DNA of 64,000 bases. Source: a virus (Duplodnaviria > Heunggongvirae > Uroviricota > Caudoviricetes). The notes beneath the pieces are model-generated. The model was given only the letters and a program-made list of their open reading frames with translations. It ran no database searches and was not told where the DNA came from. The position numbers and the translations under genes are program-made. Shown one piece after another: positions 18,401 to 28,695 of the stretch (position 1 is the first letter of the stretch; each line of letters begins with the position of its first letter). Where the stretch lies: the IMG/VR virus record IMGVR_UViG_3300021400_004456, one strand, 5' to 3'.

Positions 18401-20596
18401 ATGAAAAAGAAACATTTATTTTTAGGAGTATCCTTACTTTCGTTAGGATTCTTATCATTAACCTCTTGCGGTGGTAATAGTACACTTTCTAAAACTCAAA
18501 ATGTGGAACCGACTATTGCAGAAACTGATATTCCGTCAATTGAAGATCCATCTACAATAAATTCTGACCAACCTGAAAATGAACTTTGCGTAGTAACTTT
18601 TTATTTAAACGGTGAAAAATATCATACAGAAAGTTTTGTAAAAAATGATTATCTTGTTTTTCCAACAATCACTCCTGCCGAAGGGGAAGTTTTATCTGAT
18701 TGGCAAGATGCAACCGGAAAAATAATTACTGCAAAGCGTATTAGAGTAACTGATGATGCAGAGTATTATATTTTCTCTTATGAAGCAACTGAAACAACCA
18801 AATTTTTAGTAACTTATGTAGTCGATGTTCCTTCAAATACTACTTTAACAAGAAAGATTAAAGAAGGATTATATGCTCCTAAGTTAGTTCCAACAAGACC
18901 ATATTATGAATTAGAAGGTTGGTATACTGATAAAGAATGTACTAAGGCTTATGATTTTGCCACTCCTGTTACTTCTGCTATAACATTGTATGCAAAGTGG
19001 ACACAAACATCTTGGACACTTTTTATGTGTAATGGAACTACTGAAGAAAATGTGGTTGTAGATAAAATTGAACACATTAATAAAATTCCAACTTTAACCG
19101 CTCTTGAAAAAGATGGATACATTTTTAATGGCTGGGTTTATGCAGATGGAACTCCTGTTTTAAAAGATGAAGCCATAACAAAAGATACTTATATTTACGC
19201 CGATTGGCTTGAAATTGTAGAAGGTATGGATGTTTCTTATGACGATTGGCTAAGAGTTTCTTATGATGAAGCAGCAACTACAAATTATTTCAACACTTTA
19301 AATGCTCCTGCTTATAGTTATACTAATTATGAAGTTGCTAATTCAATCACTCCAAAGTTCGAAATAATTAGAAGTGAAATGAAAGTAAGAATATATTTTG
19401 ATGGTGATATTTTAGCAGATAGAATTAAATCTATTACTCAATTAAATTCTAATTCAACAACAAAAATAACAGACTTTAGTGTTTATTCAAATTATATTGA
19501 ATTCATTTCTGATGGAACATCATTAGATTTTACTGTTACATTAAGTAATAACAAATCTAAAACTTATTTCTTACCAGAGCCATCTAAGAATGAAAATATT
19601 TCTTTTGCTATTGAAGATTTAATAGTTAATAATCAAATGGTCAATCAATATCAATATTACACAATTAAAACATCTTTAATTAAAGATTTACCCGATGATG
19701 CTATTTTAACAGTAGAATGTGAAAATGAAAATTTCTCTTATGATATAGAAACACAATCTTTTAAAATCCCGGTTTCTTACTTAATTGAAAATAGTAAAGA
19801 ATTAACTCTAAATTATAAAATGGTTGTTTCTACCAATGATTATTGTATTAAAAAGTCTTGTTCCAATACCTTAAAGAATGTTCCTTATACATTAACTCCG
19901 TCTAAAGCTGTAGTTTCTGATAAAATGTACAGCTCTACAACAGGAAAATATATTGGCAAAACTTTGTCTTATACATTTGACGTTGAATTACCAGCAGATG
20001 CTTTTTCTATTACAGATTTAAAAGTATCTTTAACAATAGATGGTCAAGTTTATACTGAAAATAATATTAAAACAATTTCAATCTCTGATGATAAAAAGAC
20101 TGTTCATCTTACTTTCTATAATTCATTTATTCCTAAATCACACGATGGTAATATTGAATATGAAATAACATCATCTAAATTCAAATTAAATTCGGGAGAT
20201 AATGTTTTTGAATTTGAATTACCTCAAACCTATAAATTTGTAGCATATCCTTATAACGATTATATATATGATATATATAATATTCATTTAGGAACAGATG
20301 GCTATTTATATTTTGATACAACTGTATATGATGAAAATTATATTTTAGCAAAACTCGCAATTTATTTCTATAAAGACGATGATTCAAATCGCATCGTTTA
20401 TATAACTGAATTAAATACTGAATTAAAAAATTTCGAGTTTAATACCGAATATAGAATTTATTCTTCAAAATTTAAAGATACTAGATATTCATCATTCTCA
20501 TTAGGCGATGTCGTTATTTTAAATAAAGAAACTAATGAAACTGTTAAAGTTAATGATACTTATGGTAATTATGGAACAACACTTGAAATAAAATAA
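18401..20596 (+). CDS. large lipoprotein
   Basis: Lipobox LTSC. GGAG RBS 10 nt before ATG 18401; the ORF-track start at 18395 is TTG. Confidence 0.6.
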   Translation: MKKKHLFLGVSLLSLGFLSLTSCGGNSTLSKTQNVEPTIAETDIPSIEDPSTINSDQPENELCVVTFYLNGEKYHTESFVKNDYLVFPTITPAEGEVLSDWQDATGKIITAKRIRVTDDAEYYIFSYEATETTKFLVTYVVDVPSNTTLTRKIKEGLYAPKLVPTRPYYELEGWYTDKECTKAYDFATPVTSAITLYAKWTQTSWTLFMCNGTTEENVVVDKIEHINKIPTLTALEKDGYIFNGWVYADGTPVLKDEAITKDTYIYADWLEIVEGMDVSYDDWLRVSYDEAATTNYFNTLNAPAYSYTNYEVANSITPKFEIIRSEMKVRIYFDGDILADRIKSITQLNSNSTTKITDFSVYSNYIEFISDGTSLDFTVTLSNNKSKTYFLPEPSKNENISFAIEDLIVNNQMVNQYQYYTIKTSLIKDLPDDAILTVECENENFSYDIETQSFKIPVSYLIENSKELTLNYKMVVSTNDYCIKKSCSNTLKNVPYTLTPSKAVVSDKMYSSTTGKYIGKTLSYTFDVELPADAFSITDLKVSLTIDGQVYTENNIKTISISDDKKTVHLTFYNSFIPKSHDGNIEYEITSSKFKLNSGDNVFEFELPQTYKFVAYPYNDYIYDIYNIHLGTDGYLYFDTTVYDENYILAKLAIYFYKDDDSNRIVYITELNTELKNFEFNTEYRIYSSKFKDTRYSSFSLGDVVILNKETNETVKVNDTYGNYGTTLEIK

Positions 20597-20600
20597 TAGA

Positions 20601-20626
20601 AACTCGCTTCTTGCGAGTTTTTTTAT
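20601..20626 (+). terminator. Rho-independent terminator
   Basis: Stem aactcgc/gcgagtt followed by ttttttt. Confidence 0.7.
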
Positions 20627-20711
20627 GCATTAGGAAATTCTATTTGCATATTTATGTAAAACTCTACTAATTTTTCTCAATTTTTTTAAAAAAAGCCATC
20701 ATTTTTACCCT

Positions 20712-20735
20712 ATTTATCATAAATTTGATAAAATT
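20712..20735. promoter_or_regulatory. palindromic site tttatca-taaat-tgataaa in long non-coding region
   Basis: 7-bp arms TTTATCA/TGATAAA around a 5-nt centre. Coordinates are approximate within the 20597-21019 gap. Confidence 0.25.
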
Positions 20736-21019
20736 AAAAAATAGCTTACCTAATGGATTTTATTTTATTTTTGTGATACATAAATGCCGCTTTGAATATA
20801 ATAAAAAAATATAAACGTAACTCAAATGATACTGTAATAAAGTATTTGGTGAGTAGTGGTCTAGCAATGCCTTATAGAGTATATGTAAATATGTAGAAAT
20901 ACATAATTATATATAAATTCGTTAAAATATGAGTATACTCATAGAGTGAATTGAAAATTCACTTTTGTTCTAAAACATAAGATTAATGTATTCAAAATTT
21001 AATGGAGGAAATATTTAAA

Positions 21020-21364
21020 ATGAAGAAATTTATTAACAAGACTAATAAGGGATACTACAATGCTAGAATTGCTGAAATCAAGGAAAAGATTTCTGATGAT
21101 AATGTAGATGCTATGACATTGTTAGATACGCTTGCAGATGAACTCGCTAAAGACGCTCAAAAGGCAACTGCTTCAATGTGGGGCACTTTTGTAGGACAAG
21201 ATCCGACACAGTCTTTTATAGTTGTTGCAAAGAATGAAAAAGAGGCTCAAGAATTAACTCGTAAGTATTTAGGTATTACTGAAAATAGCGAACAAGTTGA
21301 TATTGTTGTAGTTCAAATTAAGGAAACCGTTGTTCCTCGTTCTGAATTAGTTCCTCAAAAGTAA
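21020..21364 (+). CDS. hypothetical protein
   Basis: GGAGG RBS before ATG 21020. Follows a 420-bp non-coding region. Confidence 0.5.
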   Translation: MKKFINKTNKGYYNARIAEIKEKISDDNVDAMTLLDTLADELAKDAQKATASMWGTFVGQDPTQSFIVVAKNEKEAQELTRKYLGITENSEQVDIVVVQIKETVVPRSELVPQK

Positions 21365-21376
21365 TTTAAATAGTTA

Positions 21377-21410
21377 AAAGAGCTTTACGGCTCTTTTTTC
21401 TTTTTTTATT
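21377..21410 (+). terminator. Rho-independent terminator
   Basis: Stem aagagc/gctctt followed by a long T-run. Confidence 0.55.
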
Positions 21411-21451
21411 TTTACTAAACATAATAATAATGAAAAAAGGAGGTTGATATT

Positions 21452-22711
21452 GTGAAAACTGCATTTGCAAAATTATTCTTTGCTACTCTTGTCGCTTCAA
21501 TCGGAACAATAGAAGCAACGACTGTAATGGAAAATTTAAACAATTCAGCAGAAAAAACCTCAGCTTATCTTTCTGAAAATCTTGATATTTTAAATTCGAT
21601 AAACCAACAAATGGGAAACGAAAATTCAATTTCATCTGTTGAAAATATTTTTAAAGTTACAGCTATAAACGAAGATGAAACAACTGAAACAGCGTATTTA
21701 TCAGATTTTAAAAATAATGAAGGATATTATCTTTTAGCTGATGAATATAACTTATTAGATTGGCAAATAAATGTAGAACAACCATTTCATCAATATATGA
21801 ATACCAATTATGAATTTTATTTTGATGTTGCTAATGCAAGCTACTACATAAAAAAAGATGACATCTTTGTTTCGGTTCTAGGAGAAGATGATTCTTTAAA
21901 CACATTAGAAGCAAATAATCCTGTATGGAAGTCTCAAGACACAAATTATGCTGGATACGGTTCATTAATAAATGCTGATGAATATATTAAAGAAGCTTAT
22001 GATGATAAATATAAAATGGTATCTAGTTCTAGTTTAAATTATATACCTAACGAAGGACAATTTGAATTGTCTGTTTATATTCATAAAGGAAAAGACGGAG
22101 TTTATTCTGAAGGAAATTGCGGTGTTGTTAGTGTTTATAACGCTTTAAATTGTTATAAAAGAAACGGTAAAATGAGTCAATTGCCTTCTGAAACCGAAAA
22201 AGTTAAATATGTTGCTTCAAAAGAAGAACCTACTTTATATAATAAATATTTATCAAAAGATAATTATTTTGTGAATACAAGTTCGACTTTTCCTAAATTA
22301 TATTTAGATGCAAGAGCATCTGCTATAGATATAAAAGGCAAAAGTGAAGGCTTGACAATTTTCCAATCAGCAAGAACATTTGAAAAAACTGCCAAAAAAT
22401 ATGGTTATACTGTAGATTGTGATACTTATCCCGGATATTGGAAATTTTATACCAATAAAGTTAAAAAGAAAATAGATGATGGTTACGCTTCTTTGTTCTC
22501 TACAGGAACCGGTTCTTATAATTCTCATACAATGTGTGTAACGGGTTATAAAGTGTATGAAAAAACCGAAAATTTTGCATTTTTAACTTATACTAAAAAA
22601 GTAAATTTATTAGAAATTTCTGATGGACATCACAAAAATCCAAGATATTATGATGTTACTGCCTACAATTCATTAATTGCAGGTTATGTTATTATCTCTA
22701 GTATAAATTAG
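21452..22711 (+). CDS. secreted papain/NlpC-like cysteine peptidase candidate
   Basis: Signal peptide. A GNCGVVSVYNALN segment (candidate catalytic Cys) and a downstream HTMCVTGY segment (candidate His). GTG start with AAAGGAGG RBS. Confidence 0.45.
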   Translation: MKTAFAKLFFATLVASIGTIEATTVMENLNNSAEKTSAYLSENLDILNSINQQMGNENSISSVENIFKVTAINEDETTETAYLSDFKNNEGYYLLADEYNLLDWQINVEQPFHQYMNTNYEFYFDVANASYYIKKDDIFVSVLGEDDSLNTLEANNPVWKSQDTNYAGYGSLINADEYIKEAYDDKYKMVSSSSLNYIPNEGQFELSVYIHKGKDGVYSEGNCGVVSVYNALNCYKRNGKMSQLPSETEKVKYVASKEEPTLYNKYLSKDNYFVNTSSTFPKLYLDARASAIDIKGKSEGLTIFQSARTFEKTAKKYGYTVDCDTYPGYWKFYTNKVKKKIDDGYASLFSTGTGSYNSHTMCVTGYKVYEKTENFAFLTYTKKVNLLEISDGHHKNPRYYDVTAYNSLIAGYVIISSIN

Positions 22712-22761
22712 TTTTAAATGAGATTTTAAATCTCTTTTAAAAAGATAGGAGGAAATAAAAA

Positions 22762-23031
22762 ATGAAAAGAAAACTGTTGATTATATTTTCAATGGTTTTC
22801 GTTTTAGCCGGAGTAGTTCTTACTTTAACTTCTTGCAATTCAGTTGGCGATGGCGCTAATGGATATGTTTCACAAGAGGTTGCAGAAAAAGAATTCGGTC
22901 AAGGAGGAAACCGAGAACCTGCTGTTAATCATATCGCAAAGCTCATTGACAAAAATGACGATGATCCTAAAGACGATGACAATAAAACAATTAAAACAGG
23001 CTCAATTACAACTGAATATAAACAAGATTAA
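22762..23031 (+). CDS. small lipoprotein
   Basis: Lipobox LTSC. AGGAGG RBS. Confidence 0.45.
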   Translation: MKRKLLIIFSMVFVLAGVVLTLTSCNSVGDGANGYVSQEVAEKEFGQGGNREPAVNHIAKLIDKNDDDPKDDDNKTIKTGSITTEYKQD

Positions 23032-23076
23032 ATGGACAAGACGGTCCATTTTTTCTTTAACTTCTAAATATTTTTA

Positions 23077-23088
23077 TTTAAAACATAA
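23077..23088 (+). promoter_or_regulatory. class-B motif
   Basis: tttaaaacataa, 26 nt before ATG 23114. Confidence 0.5.
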
Positions 23089-23113
23089 TTTATTATGAAA
23101 AGGAGTTGATATT

Positions 23114-24655
23114 ATGAAAATTAAAAAAGTTTTATCAGTTGCAGGCTTTGCATTAGCTGGCTTATTTACAATAACACTAGCTTCTTGCAATAGCAAATAT
23201 ATAGGTGATAAAGATACAGCCACTATTCCAATTACTAATGTTGAACCGAGTGGCTCAAATATAACCCCTGTAACTCCACCAGTAGAAGAGCAACCGGTGG
23301 ATAATTCTAATGTTACAGAAACTCCAGTTGTTCAAACAACAGAAAACCATATTCATAAAACTTTCGCTACAATGAAAACCAAGTGGCCTGGATGTGGTGT
23401 TGAGGGTGAAGGTTATAAATATTGTACAACCTGTGGTGCTAGATTAGAAAATGTAACATTCCCAAGTTTAGGAGAACACAATTATCAATATTTAGTGTCT
23501 AAAATTCCTACTAAGACTTCCACTGGTATTTTAACAAAACACTGTACTAAATGTTATGACACAACAACAGTTGTTTTGCCGAAAGTAGATGAAGAAAATT
23601 ATACTTCGTACACAAAATCCGAATCGGTATCGCCTTGTACAACAAGTGGTATTATAGGCTATACTTATGAAGTTGATAATCAAACTATTGATATTGGCTA
23701 TGTTTCAATGGAAACTTTTGATCATCATAATTGGTCAAATTATACAATTGCAATTAATCCATCAAGTTCACTTAATGGTATTGCTCAAAGAAAATGTTTA
23801 ACTTGTGGTGCTTTTGAAAACTATGTATTACCTGCATTTAATGAAGCTGGTAATGATGTTTATGAATTAACAGTTACAGTTGAACCAACTTGTATTTCTA
23901 CCGGTAAAGGTTATTATACTTTAAAAACTGAGACTGGTTTAGAATTTGAAGCCGAATACGAAATTCCGACAAGTGATCACACTTATGGCCCATATTATAT
24001 AATTTCTAAACCTACAATGTTTGAAACAACATCGTTAGAAAATCCTGGAGATACAACTGAAATGCATTCAAATGCTGGTCAAGCTGTAGCATATTGTACA
24101 TATTGTGGCTTTGCAAATGGTATAACTTTACCACCACTTAATAGTGGATATTATACTGTTGAAAATGTTTCAGATGCTACTTGTACAGCAACAGGCTTAG
24201 CTAAGTATTCAATTACACTAAAAGGCGAAACATTTACAATCGATTATGAGGTTCCAAAGTTAGGTCACGAACCTGTGGCTAAATTTGATTATACATTTAC
24301 TTATACATATTCTTATAGTTATACTGATAATGACAATGTTTTAACTGGTTCTAATACTTTCACTGTTGATTTAACCAATGTTAATGAGACAACGGCTAGT
24401 GAATATTTAGCAGTACACGCTGATGAATTAAATGCACTTGCAACTTCTAAGTTAAGCGATGGTCAAACATTAATCAATGTTTCAGTTGCTGATACAAACA
24501 GTGATGAAGCATCTGCTTATGTAATTGTATGCAGTCGCTGTGGTGCAAGTAAAGAACAAATGATTAAAGATATGGACAATCGAGAACTTACAGATTACTT
24601 AAAGAAATGGGTAAATGAAAAATATAAAGAAGCCATCGAAAAAGGCGAAATTTAA
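23114..24655 (+). CDS. lipoprotein with repeated CxxC zinc-ribbon-like modules
   Basis: Lipobox LASC. At least five spaced CxxC(G) pairs (CTTCGA, CTKCYD, CLTCGA, CTYCGF, CSRCGA) suggest repeated Zn-ribbon modules. AGGAG RBS. Confidence 0.55.
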   Translation: MKIKKVLSVAGFALAGLFTITLASCNSKYIGDKDTATIPITNVEPSGSNITPVTPPVEEQPVDNSNVTETPVVQTTENHIHKTFATMKTKWPGCGVEGEGYKYCTTCGARLENVTFPSLGEHNYQYLVSKIPTKTSTGILTKHCTKCYDTTTVVLPKVDEENYTSYTKSESVSPCTTSGIIGYTYEVDNQTIDIGYVSMETFDHHNWSNYTIAINPSSSLNGIAQRKCLTCGAFENYVLPAFNEAGNDVYELTVTVEPTCISTGKGYYTLKTETGLEFEAEYEIPTSDHTYGPYYIISKPTMFETTSLENPGDTTEMHSNAGQAVAYCTYCGFANGITLPPLNSGYYTVENVSDATCTATGLAKYSITLKGETFTIDYEVPKLGHEPVAKFDYTFTYTYSYSYTDNDNVLTGSNTFTVDLTNVNETTASEYLAVHADELNALATSKLSDGQTLINVSVADTNSDEASAYVIVCSRCGASKEQMIKDMDNRELTDYLKKWVNEKYKEAIEKGEI

Positions 24656-24664
24656 TTTTAAAAA

Positions 24665-24692
24665 TAAGGCTATTGAAAAAATAGCCTTTTTT
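24665..24692 (+). terminator. Rho-independent terminator
   Basis: Stem aaggcta/tagcctt followed by tttttt. Confidence 0.65.
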
Positions 24693-24703
24693 CTTTCACT
24701 TAA

Positions 24704-24716
24704 AAAACACCTAATA
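24704..24716 (+). promoter_or_regulatory. class-A motif (variant ..TAATAA) followed by class-B-like aaaaacataa at 24737-24748
   Basis: aaacacctaataa. Confidence 0.45.
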
Positions 24717-24770
24717 AATATTAACACAGGGCGTATTAAAAACATAAAAATTAATAGAGGTGTATAAAAT

Positions 24771-25532
24771 ATGTCAATGAATTATGTAGAACATTTAGAT
24801 AAAAGAAAAGTAAAACCCAAAATTGGAAAAGTAGTTTACGCAATCTATGATAATATTATTATAGAAGAAGAAGTAATTGCTTTAGCCAATGATTTTTTTA
24901 TTAGTAAAAATTACAAAAACACCGATGTAGCACCTGTCGATAAGATATTATATGATGACTTTGAAACTCAATGGTTCAATACTTTAAGCAAAGCTAAAGA
25001 ATATTTATCTCAAAAATTTGATATGAATATTTTCAAAGTAAGTGAACGTGAAGGGGACAAAGGAGAAAGATATTGGATTTTTGTTGATAAAAATGAACGA
25101 AAGCCAAGAAAGACTAAAAATAATGATGCGACTGTTTCTAATACCACAAGTGAACCTCAAGTGGTAGAAAAAGTGGTAGAAAAAATTGTTGAAGTTCCTG
25201 TTGAAAAAATTAAAGAAGTAATCAAGGAAGTTCCAGTTGTTCCTGAAAATATGATTTCGTTAGAAGAGGTAAATGCTAAATTTCAAAATCAGAAAGAATA
25301 TAACATTAAGATTACAGAATTAAAAATTCTTACCGAAAAAGAAACTATTTATACTTCAATCTATAAAGAATATGCAGAACTTTCAAATATGAAGCCTGCT
25401 CAATGCATAGAAACGATTAAGAAAACTATTTTGCCTAAATATCTAAGTTTGCAAGATATAACAATGCAAAATAAAGTTCGAGCTCAAAAAGAATTAAAAG
25501 AAATAACAAATAAAAATAAAAGGAAAAAGTAG
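24771..25532 (+). CDS. hypothetical protein
   Basis: 253 aa with an internal VVEK/VPVEKIKEV repeat. AGAGGTG RBS. Confidence 0.5.
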   Translation: MSMNYVEHLDKRKVKPKIGKVVYAIYDNIIIEEEVIALANDFFISKNYKNTDVAPVDKILYDDFETQWFNTLSKAKEYLSQKFDMNIFKVSEREGDKGERYWIFVDKNERKPRKTKNNDATVSNTTSEPQVVEKVVEKIVEVPVEKIKEVIKEVPVVPENMISLEEVNAKFQNQKEYNIKITELKILTEKETIYTSIYKEYAELSNMKPAQCIETIKKTILPKYLSLQDITMQNKVRAQKELKEITNKNKRKK

Positions 25533-25537
25533 TAATT

Positions 25538-26989
25538 ATGCCATTTAGAATTATAAATATTGCTCCTGAACCTGTAAAAATTGGTGAAGGATTATATCAA
25601 GAAATTGAATATGAGGATTCAAATTTTAAGAAAAGAAATCCAAACTTTGAAACCATTGGATATTATCCGTTTTCAACTTCTTTACAAGAAATGCTTGTTA
25701 CTCCTCCCCTTTTTACAAAAGTTTTCAATAGAAATCAACCTAAAGCTATTAAATTATTTTTTTCTCAATATAATAACTTGTTAGTTTCTTGTAATACTGA
25801 AAATAGAAGTGAACTATCATTTTCTTTCACAAAACCAATAAAGCAAGATGAAATTAATCGTTTTTGTGATTATTTTTTCAAGACGTTAGAAATACTTTCT
25901 GCGTCAAAAATATATTATTCAATTCTTGATTTTGTGAGAAATAAAATTTCAAAAAATGCTGATGAATTACAAGAAATGGTAATTGCTCAATTTCAGGCAA
26001 ATGCTTATTATGTAGAACTTCATTATGCAACCTATACCTTGGGTTATAGTTTAATTGATAATGGTAATGACATTTTAGCAAACGATGAATCTTACTATTC
26101 TAAAATCAAAAATGAATTTAAATATTCTTTTGCAAATGATAATTATACAAGAAAATTCTCAAGTTTCTACAATCGAAAAAAATCTTGCTATGAAGCTATT
26201 TTAACAGTTGCTTCCAAAGATAATAAGCTTAATATTACAAGAAAGTTTTACAATTCAACTGATTTACAAAATCCTGATGCTGATTTCAAAGAAGAAAGAA
26301 CAATTGTTGATGCAGATAATAATTTAATAACCGAAAAAGTTTTCGGAACCATTAAAAGCTTAGAGGGAACTAAAATTTTAACTTCTCATTTTGGTTCTTT
26401 AATAGATTTAGCTCTTAAAAACGATAAAGAACAAAACTTATATTCTCTATTAAGCGCTATAACTCAAGATCCTGAAAAGACATTAACTTACAAATTTGCA
26501 GATGAAAAAAACGTAATGGTTTCTCTTATAGAAAGTGAATTAAAAGCGGATTTTAATCCTATATATAAATCAGAATTAAGATGTGATAAAGAATATACTT
26601 ATTCGCCTTCCGATTTTGATGAACAATGGGTTCAGCAAATAAATGAAAAATATTACAATTTAAAAAATGAATTATGCATAGTAAGAGATGTTTATTTTTA
26701 TGAAAAATCTACTAATGTTTCACGTTTAGTTCAAGTTGATTACAAAAATGTTCCTGATAATGTTGAAAGAATAGAATTTGAAAAAATAGCTGTTTCAAAT
26801 GGTAGAAGTGATCAAAAAGAAACCTATTTCTTTAAGAATGGTTGCTATGAAATCGTTACGTTATCAGAAGGTAATTTTATGTTAAATCATACTATATATG
26901 ATGCTGATGGATTTGAATTAAAAAAATTTCAAACTCCTGTTCCCGGAGATCTTTATCAAGAAGAGCCTTCTGCTGATTTTGTTTCATAG
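25538..26989 (+). CDS. hypothetical protein
   Basis: 483-aa ORF, translationally coupled to the upstream gene. Confidence 0.5.
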   Translation: MPFRIINIAPEPVKIGEGLYQEIEYEDSNFKKRNPNFETIGYYPFSTSLQEMLVTPPLFTKVFNRNQPKAIKLFFSQYNNLLVSCNTENRSELSFSFTKPIKQDEINRFCDYFFKTLEILSASKIYYSILDFVRNKISKNADELQEMVIAQFQANAYYVELHYATYTLGYSLIDNGNDILANDESYYSKIKNEFKYSFANDNYTRKFSSFYNRKKSCYEAILTVASKDNKLNITRKFYNSTDLQNPDADFKEERTIVDADNNLITEKVFGTIKSLEGTKILTSHFGSLIDLALKNDKEQNLYSLLSAITQDPEKTLTYKFADEKNVMVSLIESELKADFNPIYKSELRCDKEYTYSPSDFDEQWVQQINEKYYNLKNELCIVRDVYFYEKSTNVSRLVQVDYKNVPDNVERIEFEKIAVSNGRSDQKETYFFKNGCYEIVTLSEGNFMLNHTIYDADGFELKKFQTPVPGDLYQEEPSADFVS

Positions 26990-27000
26990 GAGGTATAAAT

Positions 27001-27357
27001 ATGAATGATAAAAATTTTAAGTTAGCAAATGATTATTTATTTTTATCAAGGCTGATTTATAACGATTCTAATCCCGATTTAAATCTTTTTACATTAGAAG
27101 AATTAGATGTATGGGAAAATGATATTAAAAATAATTTTGAAAAAGCAAAAGAATTCATAGATTTATACAATGAACGTTTTAATGAAAAAGTAAAAAATGG
27201 CACTTATGTTCAAGTTTGCGCTTCTACCGAAATGCTTGATTCCTTAATTGAAAATATTATTGAAATCAAAGAAACTCCGTTAGAAAATAATGAAAATAAG
27301 CAAGAAAATAAATTAGAACAAAATCTAGAATTCTCAAGTGATAAAATAGAAGGGTAA
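27001..27357 (+). CDS. hypothetical protein
   Basis: AGGAGG RBS. Confidence 0.5.
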   Translation: MNDKNFKLANDYLFLSRLIYNDSNPDLNLFTLEELDVWENDIKNNFEKAKEFIDLYNERFNEKVKNGTYVQVCASTEMLDSLIENIIEIKETPLENNENKQENKLEQNLEFSSDKIEG

Positions 27358-27373
27358 AGCCTTCTTTTTTATT

Positions 27374-27384
27374 TTAAAACATAA
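27374..27384 (+). promoter_or_regulatory. class-B motif
   Basis: ttaaaacataa, before the primase gene. Confidence 0.5.
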
Positions 27385-27423
27385 TCATATTGGTTTAATT
27401 GAAATATGGAGGAAATATTGATT

Positions 27424-28635
27424 ATGGAAAAAAAGAATGAGAAGAATGCTTTTTTTGAAAGCTCTGCTTTTATGGATAATTATATTACCACTCGCTCAAG
27501 ATTTTTTAACGGTAGAGAAAAAAGGATGATGCACTGTTTAAATCCCGCTCACACTGATGATAATCCATCAATGAGTTTTTATGAAAAGAATGGAAAGGCT
27601 AAAGTTCATTGCTTTAGTTGCGGATGTTCTTTTGATATTTATAATGTTGCAGCTCTTGATTTACTTACCAAAAAAGAATTAAAAGATGTTGAAGATGCTG
27701 GTTTAACAGGCGCTCAGCAAAAAATAAAGGAATACACTAAAAATAATTTCAAAAAGATATATAAATATTTAGAGGCTTTAAATACAGATCCAAATGTCAA
27801 AGCTGAAACATTCAAATTTGTGGAAGCAAAAAAAGAGGTTAAGGACTATACTTCTTACTACAAAAAATTAGAAGAAGAAGGTTCTTATGCTATAGATTAT
27901 ATGGCTTCTCGTGGTATTTCAGAAAAAGTAGTGCGTAATGCAAAAATATTCTCTAATAAAGCTAAAAAACTAATAATTATCCCTCAATCACCAACCCATT
28001 ATTCCGTAAGAAATATTACTCCTGGTATTCCTAAGTCCAAGAGATATGTTCATTATGGAACTGGTCTTTACGATCCATCAAATATTTTTGGTGAAGGGAT
28101 TTTAGAGGCAAAACATTCGGGCAATTTATTATTCGATAATGAAAACGATATAGTCGAAAGACTTACATATTCTCAGATGTTGATTGTTCTTAGCGAGGGA
28201 GAAATTAATACACTTTCTATTTTTGAAGCAATTAAAGATGATAATGACTTGAATAAAGGTCAAATAACAGGCTTAGGTATTGGCGGAGCCACTAAAATTC
28301 GTCTTGTTATCGATTTGCTTACAAAAATTTGGAAGTTTGTAAAAAATAAATATGGTTTCAAAGACGACGATAAATCTGAAGCTGTACAAAAAGAATTTTA
28401 TAAGCTGATGTCAAACTTTCATTTTTGTATTGCTTTTGATAATGATGAAGCTGGTCGTGCTGCAACTTTCGAGTTAACAAATTTGTTAAACCATTTTGGT
28501 TGCAATGTATATTCATTATACATACCTTCTAGTTATAACGATACTAATGATTATCTATTGGCTGATAAAAAATCTTTAGCTTTACGTCTTAGAACATTAT
28601 ATATGAGCTTTGTAAAGAAAGAGGAGACTAAATAG
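27424..28635 (+). CDS. DnaG-like DNA primase (CHC2 zinc finger + Toprim)
   Basis: CHC2 finger CLNPAHTD..HCFSCGCSFD, and a Toprim acidic motif FDNDEAGRAA. GGAGG RBS; ATG 27424 is preferred over 27406. Confidence 0.65.
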   Translation: MEKKNEKNAFFESSAFMDNYITTRSRFFNGREKRMMHCLNPAHTDDNPSMSFYEKNGKAKVHCFSCGCSFDIYNVAALDLLTKKELKDVEDAGLTGAQQKIKEYTKNNFKKIYKYLEALNTDPNVKAETFKFVEAKKEVKDYTSYYKKLEEEGSYAIDYMASRGISEKVVRNAKIFSNKAKKLIIIPQSPTHYSVRNITPGIPKSKRYVHYGTGLYDPSNIFGEGILEAKHSGNLLFDNENDIVERLTYSQMLIVLSEGEINTLSIFEAIKDDNDLNKGQITGLGIGGATKIRLVIDLLTKIWKFVKNKYGFKDDDKSEAVQKEFYKLMSNFHFCIAFDNDEAGRAATFELTNLLNHFGCNVYSLYIPSSYNDTNDYLLADKKSLALRLRTLYMSFVKKEETK

Positions 28636-28695
28636 TCTTCTCTTTTATTTTATTTAAACATAAAAAAAGAAATAATATATTAGGAGAGTGATAAT

